Below are positions 1-9,385 of a stretch of 64,000 nucleotides of DNA, in pieces. Position numbers and translations under genes: made by a program. Below the pieces are notes generated by a model that had not been told where the DNA came from, did no database searches, and saw only the letters and a program-made list of their open reading frames with translations. The stretch spans positions 1-64,000 of the IMG/VR virus record IMGVR_UViG_3300043666_000001; one strand, given 5' to 3'. How positions within the stretch are numbered: the first letter of the stretch is position 1; the number at the start of each line of letters is the position of its first letter. The DNA is from a virus. Its lineage: Duplodnaviria; Caudoviricetes.

Positions 1-167
1 AAGTCAATACCATCCTTGACCTAATTAAAAAACCATGACCACCTATTCCATCACCCAGGGCAATGAGGTTTACATCTACATTTTAGGTAGACTTGTCATG
101 AAGAGGTGGTTACATCTTGGGTTGAGTGCAACTTTTCATGTGTCACCCAAGGGTGTGAGGTGGAGTA

Positions 168-452
168 ATGTGCGAATGTGATATTGATAACTACACACAA
201 GCCTATATAGAGGTTGTGCGCAAGGCAAGGAAGGACCATAGCTGCTATGAGTGTGGCAATGTAATCACCAAGGGTGATAAGTACACCATATGCTCTGGTG
301 TAAATGACCACCGTGGTTTTAGCTATAAGTGGTGTCATGACTGTGCCACCAAGAAAAACCTCATGTGTAGCATTGAGAGGGGTTTCTGTTGGATATTTGG
401 TGACCTCCTTACATGTATTGAGGAGTGCCGAAGGGAGTGCGTTGAGTCATGA
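168..452 (+). CDS. Small Cys-rich (Zn-finger-like) hypothetical protein
   Basis: 94 aa ORF with CYECG, CHDC and further Cys pairs; co-oriented with neighbours. Confidence 0.55.
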   Translation: MCECDIDNYTQAYIEVVRKARKDHSCYECGNVITKGDKYTICSGVNDHRGFSYKWCHDCATKKNLMCSIERGFCWIFGDLLTCIEECRRECVES

Positions 453-577
453 GCCATGCAGTAAACGCTCAAAAGCAGTACGATAGAAGGGCCCTGACCC
501 CAGAAGAGAAAATCTACCTTCGGGAACTTGACACCCCCAAATCAGATTGATAGATTGAGTGGTGTGAGGGCAAGAGA

Positions 578-1431
578 ATGAGAATCGATGAAGACTTGAT
601 GTTCGTTGACCTTTGTGATGATGAGCCAGAGGAGTTGTTTGATTGGGCTAAGGCCGTCATTCGTGGTGGTACATTCCCCCATCCAGAACCATGGTGGGTC
701 CAAGAGTGGCTGGATAAGGCTGCTGAGAAGGGAACCATCATAACTCCGAGGATTGCGGCAATGGCTTGCGCTTTACCCCAACGAGTGACCCTCTCAATCC
801 TTGAGGCTGCATTGTCAGCATTTGATGATGGCCACGGATAGCAGCCTGGTTGTAGTCCGCGAGGGACAGGTGTGGGCCTATAAGAAAAACACCAAGTACA
901 CCGTGATTCACCTGGATGCCCACCTTAGGGCATGGATTTTGATGGAAGGGTCCATCTCTGGAATGGAGACCACCATCAACCTCAACCAAGATGGCACAGT
1001 TTTTTACCCAGATGTGTGGGATATGTTGGAGGATGTGACAATATGAAATTCATGAAAAAATTGGTGCATGAGATTAATGATAACGAGTCGGTCACCGTCT
1101 ATCTAGACGAAGCATCTACCTCGTTACTTGTGCTTGATACTTGTGGTGAAGCTGCATACACCTCTGACCTCACCTCATCCCAAATCAAAGAACTGGGGTT
1201 GTTTTTGATTAATGCTGCAAAAACAATGGATGAGGAGAAATCCAAATGAGCCTTGACCAAATTATTGACCATTACTTCTCGGGTGACCAGGGTGGGTTGA
1301 GTGATAGCGATGTCACCAACGTCGTGGAGCTCGCAGACTGCTTTACCGACCGTGTACAAGACCCCATCTCCCGGGCTATGGAGACATTGGGGTTGAACAC
1401 TCGATACCTGGAAGGATTGGGGGAGAAGTGA
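578..1431 (+). other. Run of four small phage hypothetical CDS (578-841, 801-1046, 1043-1249, 1246-1431)
   Basis: Tightly packed or overlapping start/stop codons (ATGA junctions) typical of phage early genes; no recognisable motifs. Confidence 0.6.
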
Positions 1432-1663
1432 AATATATCGTTGCATATACGACGGAGAATTCAGATCTCTACACGGAAGACTTTGAGTCCAGATCGCGCG
1501 CGTTGTATTTTATCTCGCACACCGAGGACAAATGTATCCTTATCGGGCCCGTACCGAACGCCACGGAAGTGGAGGATCATACATGAACGTCTTTGGAACG
1601 CTTGTTCACCATATGGTATCGGAACTGTACGGACCATCGATAGAAGAACAGATCGAACAATAA

Positions 1664-2921
1664 ATGAGTAATCCCTCCATGGGCCAGCTTGCTTTCGAGG
1701 CATGGGCTAAGTTTATGAATACCTATGATAAAGAACACAAGGTGTGCTCATGGGAGGAGCTTCAATCCAATCATGTTGAGGCATTCGCCTGGCATGAAGC
1801 TGCAAGAGCATTGCATGAGGTTTACATGAAAGAGATTGATGCCGCCGAGGTCGCGGGTGCTCTTAAGGCTATGGAGCAGGAAAGATTGTGGAGGAAGTAA
1901 TGGTCTGTGGGAATGGTGTCGACCGTAGTGAAATCTGTTTCAGATGTGACAATTTGGATGGGCTCCAAAGGCTTGAGGATGAACAAGCCAATCAACGAGA
2001 GATAGGCGCCAAGGAGGAGCGGGCGCGCATCGTTGATGCAATGCGTAAGAGAGCTTTGCTTTTTCAGGAAGGTGCTAAACTTTCGACAGGCACGACGCGT
2101 ACCAATTTTAAAAAAGCTTCGGCAGGTTGCCGAAGAGATGCCGATTGGATTGAGGACGGTTGCAAATGACCCCCGATGACTTCCCGCAATTCGACGACCC
2201 GCGCGTGCGGGAGGTGATGGCGGCGGCTGCGAATTTGGTGGACCGCATTGCCAAGGAAACCGAGGAGTTCGACCTTCCGGGTGAAGGCAATACGTTCGAT
2301 CAATTATGTGATGACGCGAACACTCTCTCGAGTGCCCTCTTCGCGGCGCAGCACTCGGTCCCTCGCAAAACCTACCCGTGCGCCTGTCATCTTGGTGACC
2401 CGCATCATCCTTGGTGTGAAAGAGCAGAGCAGCACTCAAGGCCGGAAACCATTGACGAGGTCACGTCACGTTAGCGAATGAGTCATGAAGACCGAGGCGA
2501 CGGACAATAGAATTAAGTGCCCACACTGTGGAACCTGCACGTGGAATAAAGATTATGTGCAGTTTATGGAGGACCATGACAAGCCGAATGGCAACTTCTG
2601 CAAGAAGGGCAAAAAAATATCGATGGATAGAAAGTCATGCCCTCCGCGAGGGTGAGCGCCTCCTGGCATATAAACATGGTGAGCTCGATGACATGATTGC
2701 ACGGAGGAAAAAGCATGACCAGGGATGAGATGATGGCGTTGATTAAATTTGCTATAGACCAAATTGACTGGAGCGTTCATCCGGACGATGCCATCAAGTC
2801 CAAGTTCACCAAAGCCCAGGCGTGGCTAGAGGATGAGGCCAATAAGCAGGAATTGGTTGAGATTACTCCCGATAATGTGGAGGATAATATTGATAGGGTG
2901 GGATGGTTTTTAGAGTCTTGA
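1664..2921 (+). other. Run of small hypothetical CDS (1664-1900, 1888/1900-2169, 2160-2474, 2697/2715-2921)
   Basis: Co-oriented abutting ORFs from the track; no family recognised. Confidence 0.55.
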
Positions 2922-2946
2922 CATCTACAAATTCATAGTGTAGATT
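2918..2946 (+). promoter_or_regulatory. Sigma70-type promoter, leaderless ATG at 2953
   Basis: TTGACA-N17-TAGATT then 6 nt then ATG; ATCTACA/TGTAGAT inverted repeat in the spacer. Confidence 0.75.
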
Positions 2947-2952
2947 GAAGGT

Positions 2953-3379
2953 ATGAAGAGTGAGTGGTTGGTGATGACATACATGACAAAGTCACTGTTT
3001 AAGTTGGTGAATGACGCGGTGGTTAAAAGCTCTATCGCTGCCAATAAGTCACATGCGTTCCGAAAACAGCAAATCAAACTTGCAAAAATGAGTATGTATC
3101 AATGTGATGATGTGGTCATTGAGGACCACCCGGAGTATGATAATGGGAAGTGATATGCATCATTGGGCATTGCATCACGACATGATTGGTGAAACCCCAC
3201 CCCAAGACTTAAAGGTTGTTCGTAGGCTTGGCGCAGGTAAAGCAATGGAGAAAGTCATCTCCTATCTCGAAAACATTGAGCCGAGTGATTATACTAACAC
3301 CAACTCACTCAAAATACTTCTAGCTCAAGTTGTTGAGTCTATGAAGTTGAACATCAAGAATTTCACAGATGTAGAGTAA
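2953..3379 (+). other. Two hypothetical CDS (2953-3153, 3104/3155-3379)
   Basis: ORF track; directly downstream of the promoter. Confidence 0.55.
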
Positions 3380-3780
3380 TGGCTTGGATAAATCTCGAAC
3401 AAGACCTAAAGGAAGAGTTTGAGACCCTTCAACTAAGGGAACTAGATAAGATCCCTGAACGTGTATCTCCAACACGTATATATTACTACAGACATCGCGA
3501 TATCATCCGCGCCAGAAGAATTCAGCGCTACCATAATGAGGACCTTGAGACCAAGAGGCACAATCTTGAGCTTCAGCGCAAACGTAGAAGCAAGATGAAT
3601 CCCGTTGACCGGGCTAAAGACCATGGTAGGGTATGGAAGGCCCCAAGGGTAAAGCAAACCAAGGAGGAGAGGAGGGAGAAGGATAGGGTTGCCCAGAAAG
3701 CAAGATATCACCTACTCTCCTGGGAGCAAAAGAAAGCCCTGAATGCACGGAAAAAATCCAAGTACAACAGAGATGTGTAG
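3379..3780 (+). CDS. Basic hypothetical protein
   Basis: 133 aa, Arg/Lys-rich; N-terminus MAWINLEQDLKEEF resembles that of the next ORF. Confidence 0.6.
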   Translation: MAWINLEQDLKEEFETLQLRELDKIPERVSPTRIYYYRHRDIIRARRIQRYHNEDLETKRHNLELQRKRRSKMNPVDRAKDHGRVWKAPRVKQTKEERREKDRVAQKARYHLLSWEQKKALNARKKSKYNRDV

Positions 3781-3801
3781 AATAGTTTTGATGAGGGATG
3801 A

Positions 3802-4125
3802 ATGTGGCTTGATTTAGAGGAGGCATTATCTGAGACATACTATAAAGGTATGTGGGATATCATGGCGGATGAGTGGTTTGAGCGCAAGCTCACCAAAGAT
3901 GCCAAAAACCTAATCTTCCACAGGGATTGGTACCACACAAACAAGCATCGCCCTGAGGTAAAGGCTAAAATAAAGGCAAACAACTCATTGAGGCACAAGT
4001 CTAACATTCTTGGAAGAATCCCCAATCAAATTACATGTGGTCATCCAGAGAGGAAGCATAAAGGCAAGGGCATGTGCCAAAACTGCTACACAGCAAGCCG
4101 AAAGGTATTATTGAAAGCCGTTTGA
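3802..4125 (+). CDS. Basic hypothetical protein with C-terminal Cys/His motif
   Basis: 107 aa; MWLDLEEALSET N-terminus; CGHPERKH...CQNCY. Confidence 0.6.
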   Translation: MWLDLEEALSETYYKGMWDIMADEWFERKLTKDAKNLIFHRDWYHTNKHRPEVKAKIKANNSLRHKSNILGRIPNQITCGHPERKHKGKGMCQNCYTASRKVLLKAV

Positions 4126-4131
4126 ATCCAT

Positions 4132-4208
4132 GTGGCCGTGGTGTAATAGGTAGCAATGATAGTCCCCTGTATTCCGGGGTGGTATTGGTTCGAGTCCAAT
4201 CGGCCGCA
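4132..4208 (+). ncRNA. tRNA-like element with aberrant anticodon arm
   Basis: Acceptor GTGGCCG/CGGCCGC+A, D region TGGTGTAATAGGTAGCA, T arm ATTGG-TTCGAGT-CCAAT; 26 nt instead of 22 between D and T arms, no canonical 5 bp/7 nt anticodon arm. Confidence 0.65.
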
Positions 4209-4389
4209 CTGTGACAATTATGTCACTACACAGAAAACAACACCAACGTTTACGATAGTCCCTTGATTGGGACGGAAGATGGAGTGTTAAGTAATTCTCT
4301 ACTGCCCACTGAGGCACAATCCGTCAACGACGAAGGTACAATAAATGGGGTTCACCATTACTGTACGAACTACCAACTGGTAGTTCTAT

Positions 4390-4464
4390 GCATGAGTAGT
4401 CCAATTGGCAGGAGACAGAGGATTTAAACCCCTCCCAGTGTGAGTTCGAGTCTCACCTCATGTA
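4390..4464 (+). tRNA. tRNA-Leu(UAA), short variable loop, no encoded CCA
   Basis: GCATGAG/CTCATGT acceptor; GAGGA-TTTAAAC-CCCTC anticodon arm (TAA at 4425-4427); GTGAG-TTCGAGT-CTCAC T arm. Confidence 0.85.
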
Positions 4465-4582
4465 CTGAAATGACCGCTCACCCACGTGAGTAAGGGGGCC
4501 CTTATTAAAGATAGCCCAGACACTGAATCTGGTTTCTGGTTTATGGGACAGTATGAAGACAGCCCGGAGAGACAGGCAACAA

Positions 4583-4655
4583 CCATCCATAGCTCAACAG
4601 TGAGAGCAGAGTTCTTATACAGCTAAGGTTCCTGGTGCAAATCCAGGTGGATGGA
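4583..4655 (+). tRNA. tRNA-Ile(UAU)
   Basis: CCATCCA/TGGATGG acceptor; GCTC/GAGC D stem; loop CTTATAC (TAT); CCTGG-TGCAAAT-CCAGG T arm. Confidence 0.8.
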
Positions 4656-4714
4656 CTAACACATTGTCACACACTCGCACATCCATAAAAGTAGTGAGAA
4701 GTCAAGATATTATC

Positions 4715-4984
4715 ATGGATGAAGTGTTAGAGGGTTTACTCCTAGAGTCTATCGAGTTATACAGGGTCTCAAGGAAAATGAGACTTTATGCTCCACCAAT
4801 CTATGTTTTGCGCTTGAGTGCAAAGGAGACCTCTGCCATTAAATGGGCAAAGGGGCTTGCTAAGGATGGTTTGATAGAGTATCATCGTTCCAGAGCGCAG
4901 AGGGTTGGTAAAATCAGACATGCCTTTGAGTTCCAAGTCTGGGACTACAAGAATAACATTATTATTGAAGGGAAATGTAAATGA
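4715..4984 (+). CDS. Hypothetical protein
   Basis: Track ORF 4664-4984; ATG at 4715 preferred. Confidence 0.55.
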   Translation: MDEVLEGLLLESIELYRVSRKMRLYAPPIYVLRLSAKETSAIKWAKGLAKDGLIEYHRSRAQRVGKIRHAFEFQVWDYKNNIIIEGKCK

Positions 4985-5844
4985 GTGATGATGTGAAGGA
5001 TAATAAGCTTGCGATTGTTCCCACCCATAGTGGTGCGTTGGAGCCTACAACCCTGGGACAACTTGCAACACTTGCTGGAAAAGCAGCAAGTACAGGGTTT
5101 TTTGGTGCTCAAACTGAGGAACAGGCATTGCTGTTGATGATGGCGGGAAAGGATATTGGATTTAGTTACACCCAATCCCTTCGTGCCTTCCAGCTGATTA
5201 AGGGAAAGCCTAGTCTTTCTGCCAGCGCGATGGTCGCGGTGTGTCTCAATAGTGGCAAGTGTGAGTTCTTTCGATGTCTAGAGAAGACAAATACCAGTGT
5301 TACCTTTGAGACCAAGCGCAGGGGGAACCCTGCTCGCACATTGACTTTTACCATCCAGGATGCTCAGGCTGCTGGATTGGTCAATGATATGTATCGAAAA
5401 TACCCCAGGCAAATGCTCAGTGCACGTTGTCAGGCGGAGTTGGCGCGTGAGGTTTATCCTGAGCTACTTATGGGGCTATATGACCCTGATGAGTTGACCA
5501 ATACTGGCACACCTACTCCCATACCTCCACCTAAGGTTGATGATGCTATTTTTAATAAGGACATTGCTGTCGTAGCACAGCCAATTCTCATCCCAGACGC
5601 TGAGATTGAGGAGGAGGATATTGAGGAGCCACCCAGTGAGGTGGATGAGGCAAAGGCTCTTGAGGAGGAGTCTCAAGCTGATGCTTTCAAGGCATCCATC
5701 ATTGAGTCTGCTACATTAGAGAAATGTGTCGCGGTTTATGGTGACGCGAAGAGTGCCCTGGCTTCACGTGAGGATTTGCTTGCAGAGATTCGCAAGGTGT
5801 ACTCCACACGCTATAAGGAATTGAAGGCCGGCAATGCCGAGTGA
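4981..5844 (+). CDS. RecT/Redbeta-like single-strand annealing protein
   Basis: 287 aa; LIKGKPSLSASAM, LTFTIQDAQAAGL, YRKYPRQMLSARCQAELAREVYPELLMGLYDPDEL resemble the RecT core; acidic tail; upstream of a PD-(D/E)XK nuclease and SSB. Confidence 0.75.
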   Translation: MSDDVKDNKLAIVPTHSGALEPTTLGQLATLAGKAASTGFFGAQTEEQALLLMMAGKDIGFSYTQSLRAFQLIKGKPSLSASAMVAVCLNSGKCEFFRCLEKTNTSVTFETKRRGNPARTLTFTIQDAQAAGLVNDMYRKYPRQMLSARCQAELAREVYPELLMGLYDPDELTNTGTPTPIPPPKVDDAIFNKDIAVVAQPILIPDAEIEEEDIEEPPSEVDEAKALEEESQADAFKASIIESATLEKCVAVYGDAKSALASREDLLAEIRKVYSTRYKELKAGNAE

Positions 5845-6596
5845 TAAGTTTGACCCTGAGGCATTCAACAACCTCCTGAGTGATTTCTATGATACCATGG
5901 GGAACTCTGAGGTGACTTCCAAGGCGCTAAAGGGCGCGGATGACCTTGAGACACTTGGAATGTTTTTTACCTTCTATGTCTTGTCAAAAGACCTTGAATA
6001 TCGCAGGATGGATGAGAGGCTAAAGGACCTTGAAAAGCATGCCTTGCGATGGAGTGATGATGCATTGCCTCATGTTGAGGGAGCTAAAGAATGAGTTTGC
6101 GCAAACCAGATTATGGTAGCGAACATGAGAATGGTGTGGGTGATGAGTTTGACTACGACAGCAGTCAAGTTCGTGACCTCCGAGATGCCATGAATGAATG
6201 GATTGAGGAGCAAAAGAAAATGCACGCTGAGGCATATCAGCAGGTGGGATATGAGGTGGGTGCACTTATCCAACGTGTTGAGACCCTAGAGAACATGCTC
6301 TACCGTGGTGGTAGCCCATCCCCCACTTCACTCCTTGGCGCAAGTGGTGCTACCATTCACTCTCTTGGTGCACGAAGTAAAAAGAAGGGCAAGAAATGAG
6401 CTGGGAGCAACTGGCGGAGAAGGGGTATAACACCTACATGATGTGTCTAAGTGGTGGGAGTTGGAAGGGGAACTTTTTTCTCTTGCATAAAGAGACCCAA
6501 CTTGCTTGGGTTGAAGCCACGAAATCCATCTATGACCACGCGTCTGAGAGTGCACGGGATGCATTGGTAAAGCATGTATGTGAAGGTGGTCTGTGA
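5834..6596 (+). other. Three hypothetical CDS (5834-6094, 6091-6399, 6396-6596)
   Basis: Overlapping ATGA junctions inside the recombination operon. Confidence 0.6.
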
Positions 6597-7681
6597 GTGA
6601 GGACCAACTAGAGTCCATCTCCTCTACCAAGAGGGTGGATGAGTGCCCACCCTCTGCATTTCTGCCTGTCAGGGTTAATGGCACCTCTGAGAGTGCAGCT
6701 CGTGGTACACAGATACACACATTCATCGCGGATGTTCTTGACAAGGGATTGAGTAAGGACCAAGCTCTACTCAAGCTCTCCCCAGAGTATCATAAAACAT
6801 GCCATGATTTAGACCTCGATAAAATCCGAGGTGATTTGACTGGTGTTAGGTTTGAGGTTGCTTATGCATTGGACCTTGAATCAGAGATGACAAGGGAGCT
6901 TGGGGTTTATCTTGAGAGGGCATACCCATTCACACTCCCCAGTGAAGTAAGGGGCAGTCTTGATATTGAGGGATTCAAGGGACTCACCCCCTTCGTTGAA
7001 GACATCAAAACCGGTATGTGGGTTGGACCTGCGAAGGATAATTGGCAGCTGAGGTTTTTCACCACTGTCCTGATGTTCAAGCACAACACTGACAGGGCAG
7101 TTGGTGCCATCGCATATGTACAAGACAATGGGGAGGTTGAGCTTGAGGGCGCAAACTTCACCATCAAAAATGCCTATGAGTGTATTGAGGACCTAAAAGC
7201 ACTCAGGAGTAAAGTCTCCTCCCTCCAGGCAAAATATCTCTCTACTGGAAAGGTGGATTTATACCCAGGAGAACACTGCAAATACTGCCCAGTGTTTGAT
7301 ACCTGTCCTGCACAGCAAGCATTGGTGGCAACAATGGTAAGGGAGATGCAACACCTTGCTGGGAAGGATATTGCAGCCCTCACCCCACCTGAGCTATCTC
7401 TCGCCTGGGTGATGTACGAATCTATCAAGCCAAATTACCTCAAGGTTGAGCGCGCATTAAAAGACATTGCACGTTTCCGTGGTATTGAGCTGAGTGATGG
7501 CCGAACCGTGAAACAAGGCATTTGGGAGAAGAGGGAGGTGAACACCAAGCGTGTTTTTGCACTCCTCCGTGGCAGTGGAGTGGATGAGGAGACAATTGCA
7601 AGTTGTACCTCAACTGTAAAAATACCTGTAGCTAAGGTAATCCCAGCACCCAAACCCGTTAAGTCAAAGAAGAAAAAATGA
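6593..7681 (+). CDS. PD-(D/E)XK (Cas4-like/RecB-family) exonuclease
   Basis: 362 aa; RGTQIH, GSLDIEG...VEDIKTG, QLRFF, PGEHCKYCPVFDTCP cysteine cluster. Confidence 0.8.
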   Translation: MSEDQLESISSTKRVDECPPSAFLPVRVNGTSESAARGTQIHTFIADVLDKGLSKDQALLKLSPEYHKTCHDLDLDKIRGDLTGVRFEVAYALDLESEMTRELGVYLERAYPFTLPSEVRGSLDIEGFKGLTPFVEDIKTGMWVGPAKDNWQLRFFTTVLMFKHNTDRAVGAIAYVQDNGEVELEGANFTIKNAYECIEDLKALRSKVSSLQAKYLSTGKVDLYPGEHCKYCPVFDTCPAQQALVATMVREMQHLAGKDIAALTPPELSLAWVMYESIKPNYLKVERALKDIARFRGIELSDGRTVKQGIWEKREVNTKRVFALLRGSGVDEETIASCTSTVKIPVAKVIPAPKPVKSKKKK

Positions 7682-7941
7682 GCAATTTTATAATTACAAA
7701 CCAAGATGACGCGTATGATTACATTGAGAATGGGGTGGAGTTGTACACCAAGGAATGGCGATGGGGCCTGCATAAGACATATCTCATCAAAAGGGATGAG
7801 ATGCATTACCTCGCAACATTCACCTTTGGTCAGGGAGATGACAGTGGGCTCCTCTGGAGTGGGCATGGATATGGCAATGTTAAAGCTGAAGAGGCTGAAT
7901 CCTTTCAGGTGACATTCACCTCCTGGCGTGTGAAAAAATAA
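7678..7941 (+). CDS. Hypothetical protein
   Basis: 87 aa ORF coupled to the nuclease. Confidence 0.55.
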   Translation: MSNFIITNQDDAYDYIENGVELYTKEWRWGLHKTYLIKRDEMHYLATFTFGQGDDSGLLWSGHGYGNVKAEEAESFQVTFTSWRVKK

Positions 7942-7942
7942 C

Positions 7943-7970
7943 TAGACATCTACCCAGCACTGATTATACT
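7943..7970 (+). promoter_or_regulatory. Sigma70-type promoter for ssb
   Basis: TAGACA-N16-TATACT; spacer begins TCTACCCA; leadered with GAGGG RBS. Confidence 0.65.
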
Positions 7971-7996
7971 GATAGTAAGAAAGGCTTGAGGGAAAC

Positions 7997-8446
7997 ATGA
8001 GTGAAGGATTGAACGAGGTTACCTTGCTTGGGAATCTGAGCAAGGATGTTGAATTGCGTGCAACTGGTGGTGGTAAAAGTGTGGCCACCTTGAATATTGC
8101 CACCAATGAATCCTATAAGGATTCCAGTGGAAATAAGGTTGAGAAAGTCGCCTACCATCGTGTGAGTGTCTTTGGGGCTCAGGCTGATAGCGCGAGCAAG
8201 CACTTGGTTAAGGGTCAGCAAGTTTACATTCAAGGTAAACTTGACTACAGTGAGTATGAGAAGGATGGTCGAAAGGTATATCAGACTAACATCATTGCCC
8301 AAAAGATTATCTTCCTGGCAAAGCCCAAGGGTAAAGATGGGTCTACTCCTCAAGCTAAAGCGCCTGCTAAAGCTACCTCCAAAGCATCAAGTGGCTTTGA
8401 TGATGGGTATGTGGATGGTGATGATGATGGGTCTATACCTTTTTGA
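7997..8446 (+). CDS. ssb: Single-stranded DNA-binding protein
   Basis: LNEVTLLGNLSKDVELR, ATNESYKD, LVKGQQVYIQGKL, acidic C-terminus DDDGSIPF. Confidence 0.95.
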   Translation: MSEGLNEVTLLGNLSKDVELRATGGGKSVATLNIATNESYKDSSGNKVEKVAYHRVSVFGAQADSASKHLVKGQQVYIQGKLDYSEYEKDGRKVYQTNIIAQKIIFLAKPKGKDGSTPQAKAPAKATSKASSGFDDGYVDGDDDGSIPF

Positions 8447-8458
8447 TAGGAGAATTAC

Positions 8459-8653
8459 ATGACCACCGAAAAGAAGCCCCGCAAAGTACGAGTGAAAATT
8501 GGCCGTGACCTGCAGTTCAACCTACGAATGACTCCAGCTGAGCAAGAGAAATTCCAAAGAGTTGTGGAGGGTTTCTTGCCCAAAAAAAACAAAACAGCTG
8601 TGTTGCTTGCCCTCATCGCTGAGAAGTTTGAATCTTTGACTGCACAAAAGTAA
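8459..8653 (+). CDS. Small DNA-binding protein, possibly ribbon-helix-helix
   Basis: 64 aa; LQFNLRMTPAEQEKFQRVV...KTAVLLALI strand-helix-helix pattern. Confidence 0.5.
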   Translation: MTTEKKPRKVRVKIGRDLQFNLRMTPAEQEKFQRVVEGFLPKKNKTAVLLALIAEKFESLTAQK

Positions 8654-8682
8654 ACTCTCCCTTTACATCTGTGCACTCCCAC

Positions 8683-8718
8683 AAGGGTCTCATGCCAAAA
8701 CATGGGACCCTTCTTTTT
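8683..8718 (+). terminator. Rho-independent terminator
   Basis: AAGGGTCTCATG-CCAAAA-CATGGGACCCTT hairpin followed by CTTTTT. Confidence 0.8.
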
Positions 8719-8721
8719 ATG

Positions 8722-8749
8722 TTGACTTTAATGGTAGAAGGAGTAAGAT
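8722..8749 (+). promoter_or_regulatory. Sigma70-type promoter, leaderless ATG at 8757
   Basis: TTGACT-N16-TAAGAT, 7 nt, ATG; spacer contains ATGGTAGA. Confidence 0.65.
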
Positions 8750-8756
8750 GGAAGTC

Positions 8757-9385
8757 ATGAAGACGATACTGATTGTATGCAAGGACCGACACTCCCTTCG
8801 AGCCTCCTTTCAATTGGAGGTTCCCAAATATCAAGGTGAGGGAGGGGGAATGATTAATGGTGGCATTACCATTAGGAGTGCACACATCCAAACCACCACC
8901 GCACGTATTGACTGGATGATTGAAGATGATTTCTATGAGGATTACATGAAGGGAAAGGTGTTTAGTAAAGTAATCGTTGAGCCTGGGGTTAGTGTTGACC
9001 CCATGTTGGTTATGATTGTGGAGAATGGCCCTATGCGTGTTGCAAAGATTGAGGCACCCAAATGAGTGAAGTTGATGTAGCTGGAGTTACAAGCCTGTAT
9101 CACCATCCCACATTGGGTGACATTGCCATATCAGTGATTGATGATTTGGCACAGTCACAGGGACAACCAGATGCGTACATGTTTGCTCATGCGATTGCAG
9201 TCATCACCCGTCGAGCTAATGGCGTGGTACCTGCCAGGATGGCAGTTGTTCAGTTTTTCCAACAGCTTGAGAACTTTGGAGTTGGAATTATCCTCGCGGG
9301 TGACCACATTCAAAGCTCCTTTAAGTGGAAGTGCTCTCCTATTCGCCTTGCACGGGTAGTTACTGGAGAGCTTGAGACCCTGTAA
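8757..9385 (+). other. Two hypothetical CDS (8757-9065, 9062-9385)
   Basis: ORF track; coupled ATGA junction. Confidence 0.6.

Noticed and set aside
4108-4317. 69-aa - strand ORF, and ORFs 42055-42285, 42370-42576, 42506-42715
   Set aside because: They overlap tRNA or structured RNA genes and have no coding features.
4300-4345. Hammerhead ribozyme (also CAGATGAG near 49550 on the - strand)
   Set aside because: The CUGANGA and GAAA core elements are not both present in the correct arrangement.
4470-4510. Calling a theta/HDV-like ribozyme as a feature
   Set aside because: A P3/L3-like hairpin is present but I found no complementary P1 or P2 strands; kept only as an unassigned structured RNA.
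6593-7681. Cas4 as evidence of a CRISPR system
   Set aside because: No array or other cas genes; the context (RecT-like, SSB) indicates a recombination exonuclease.
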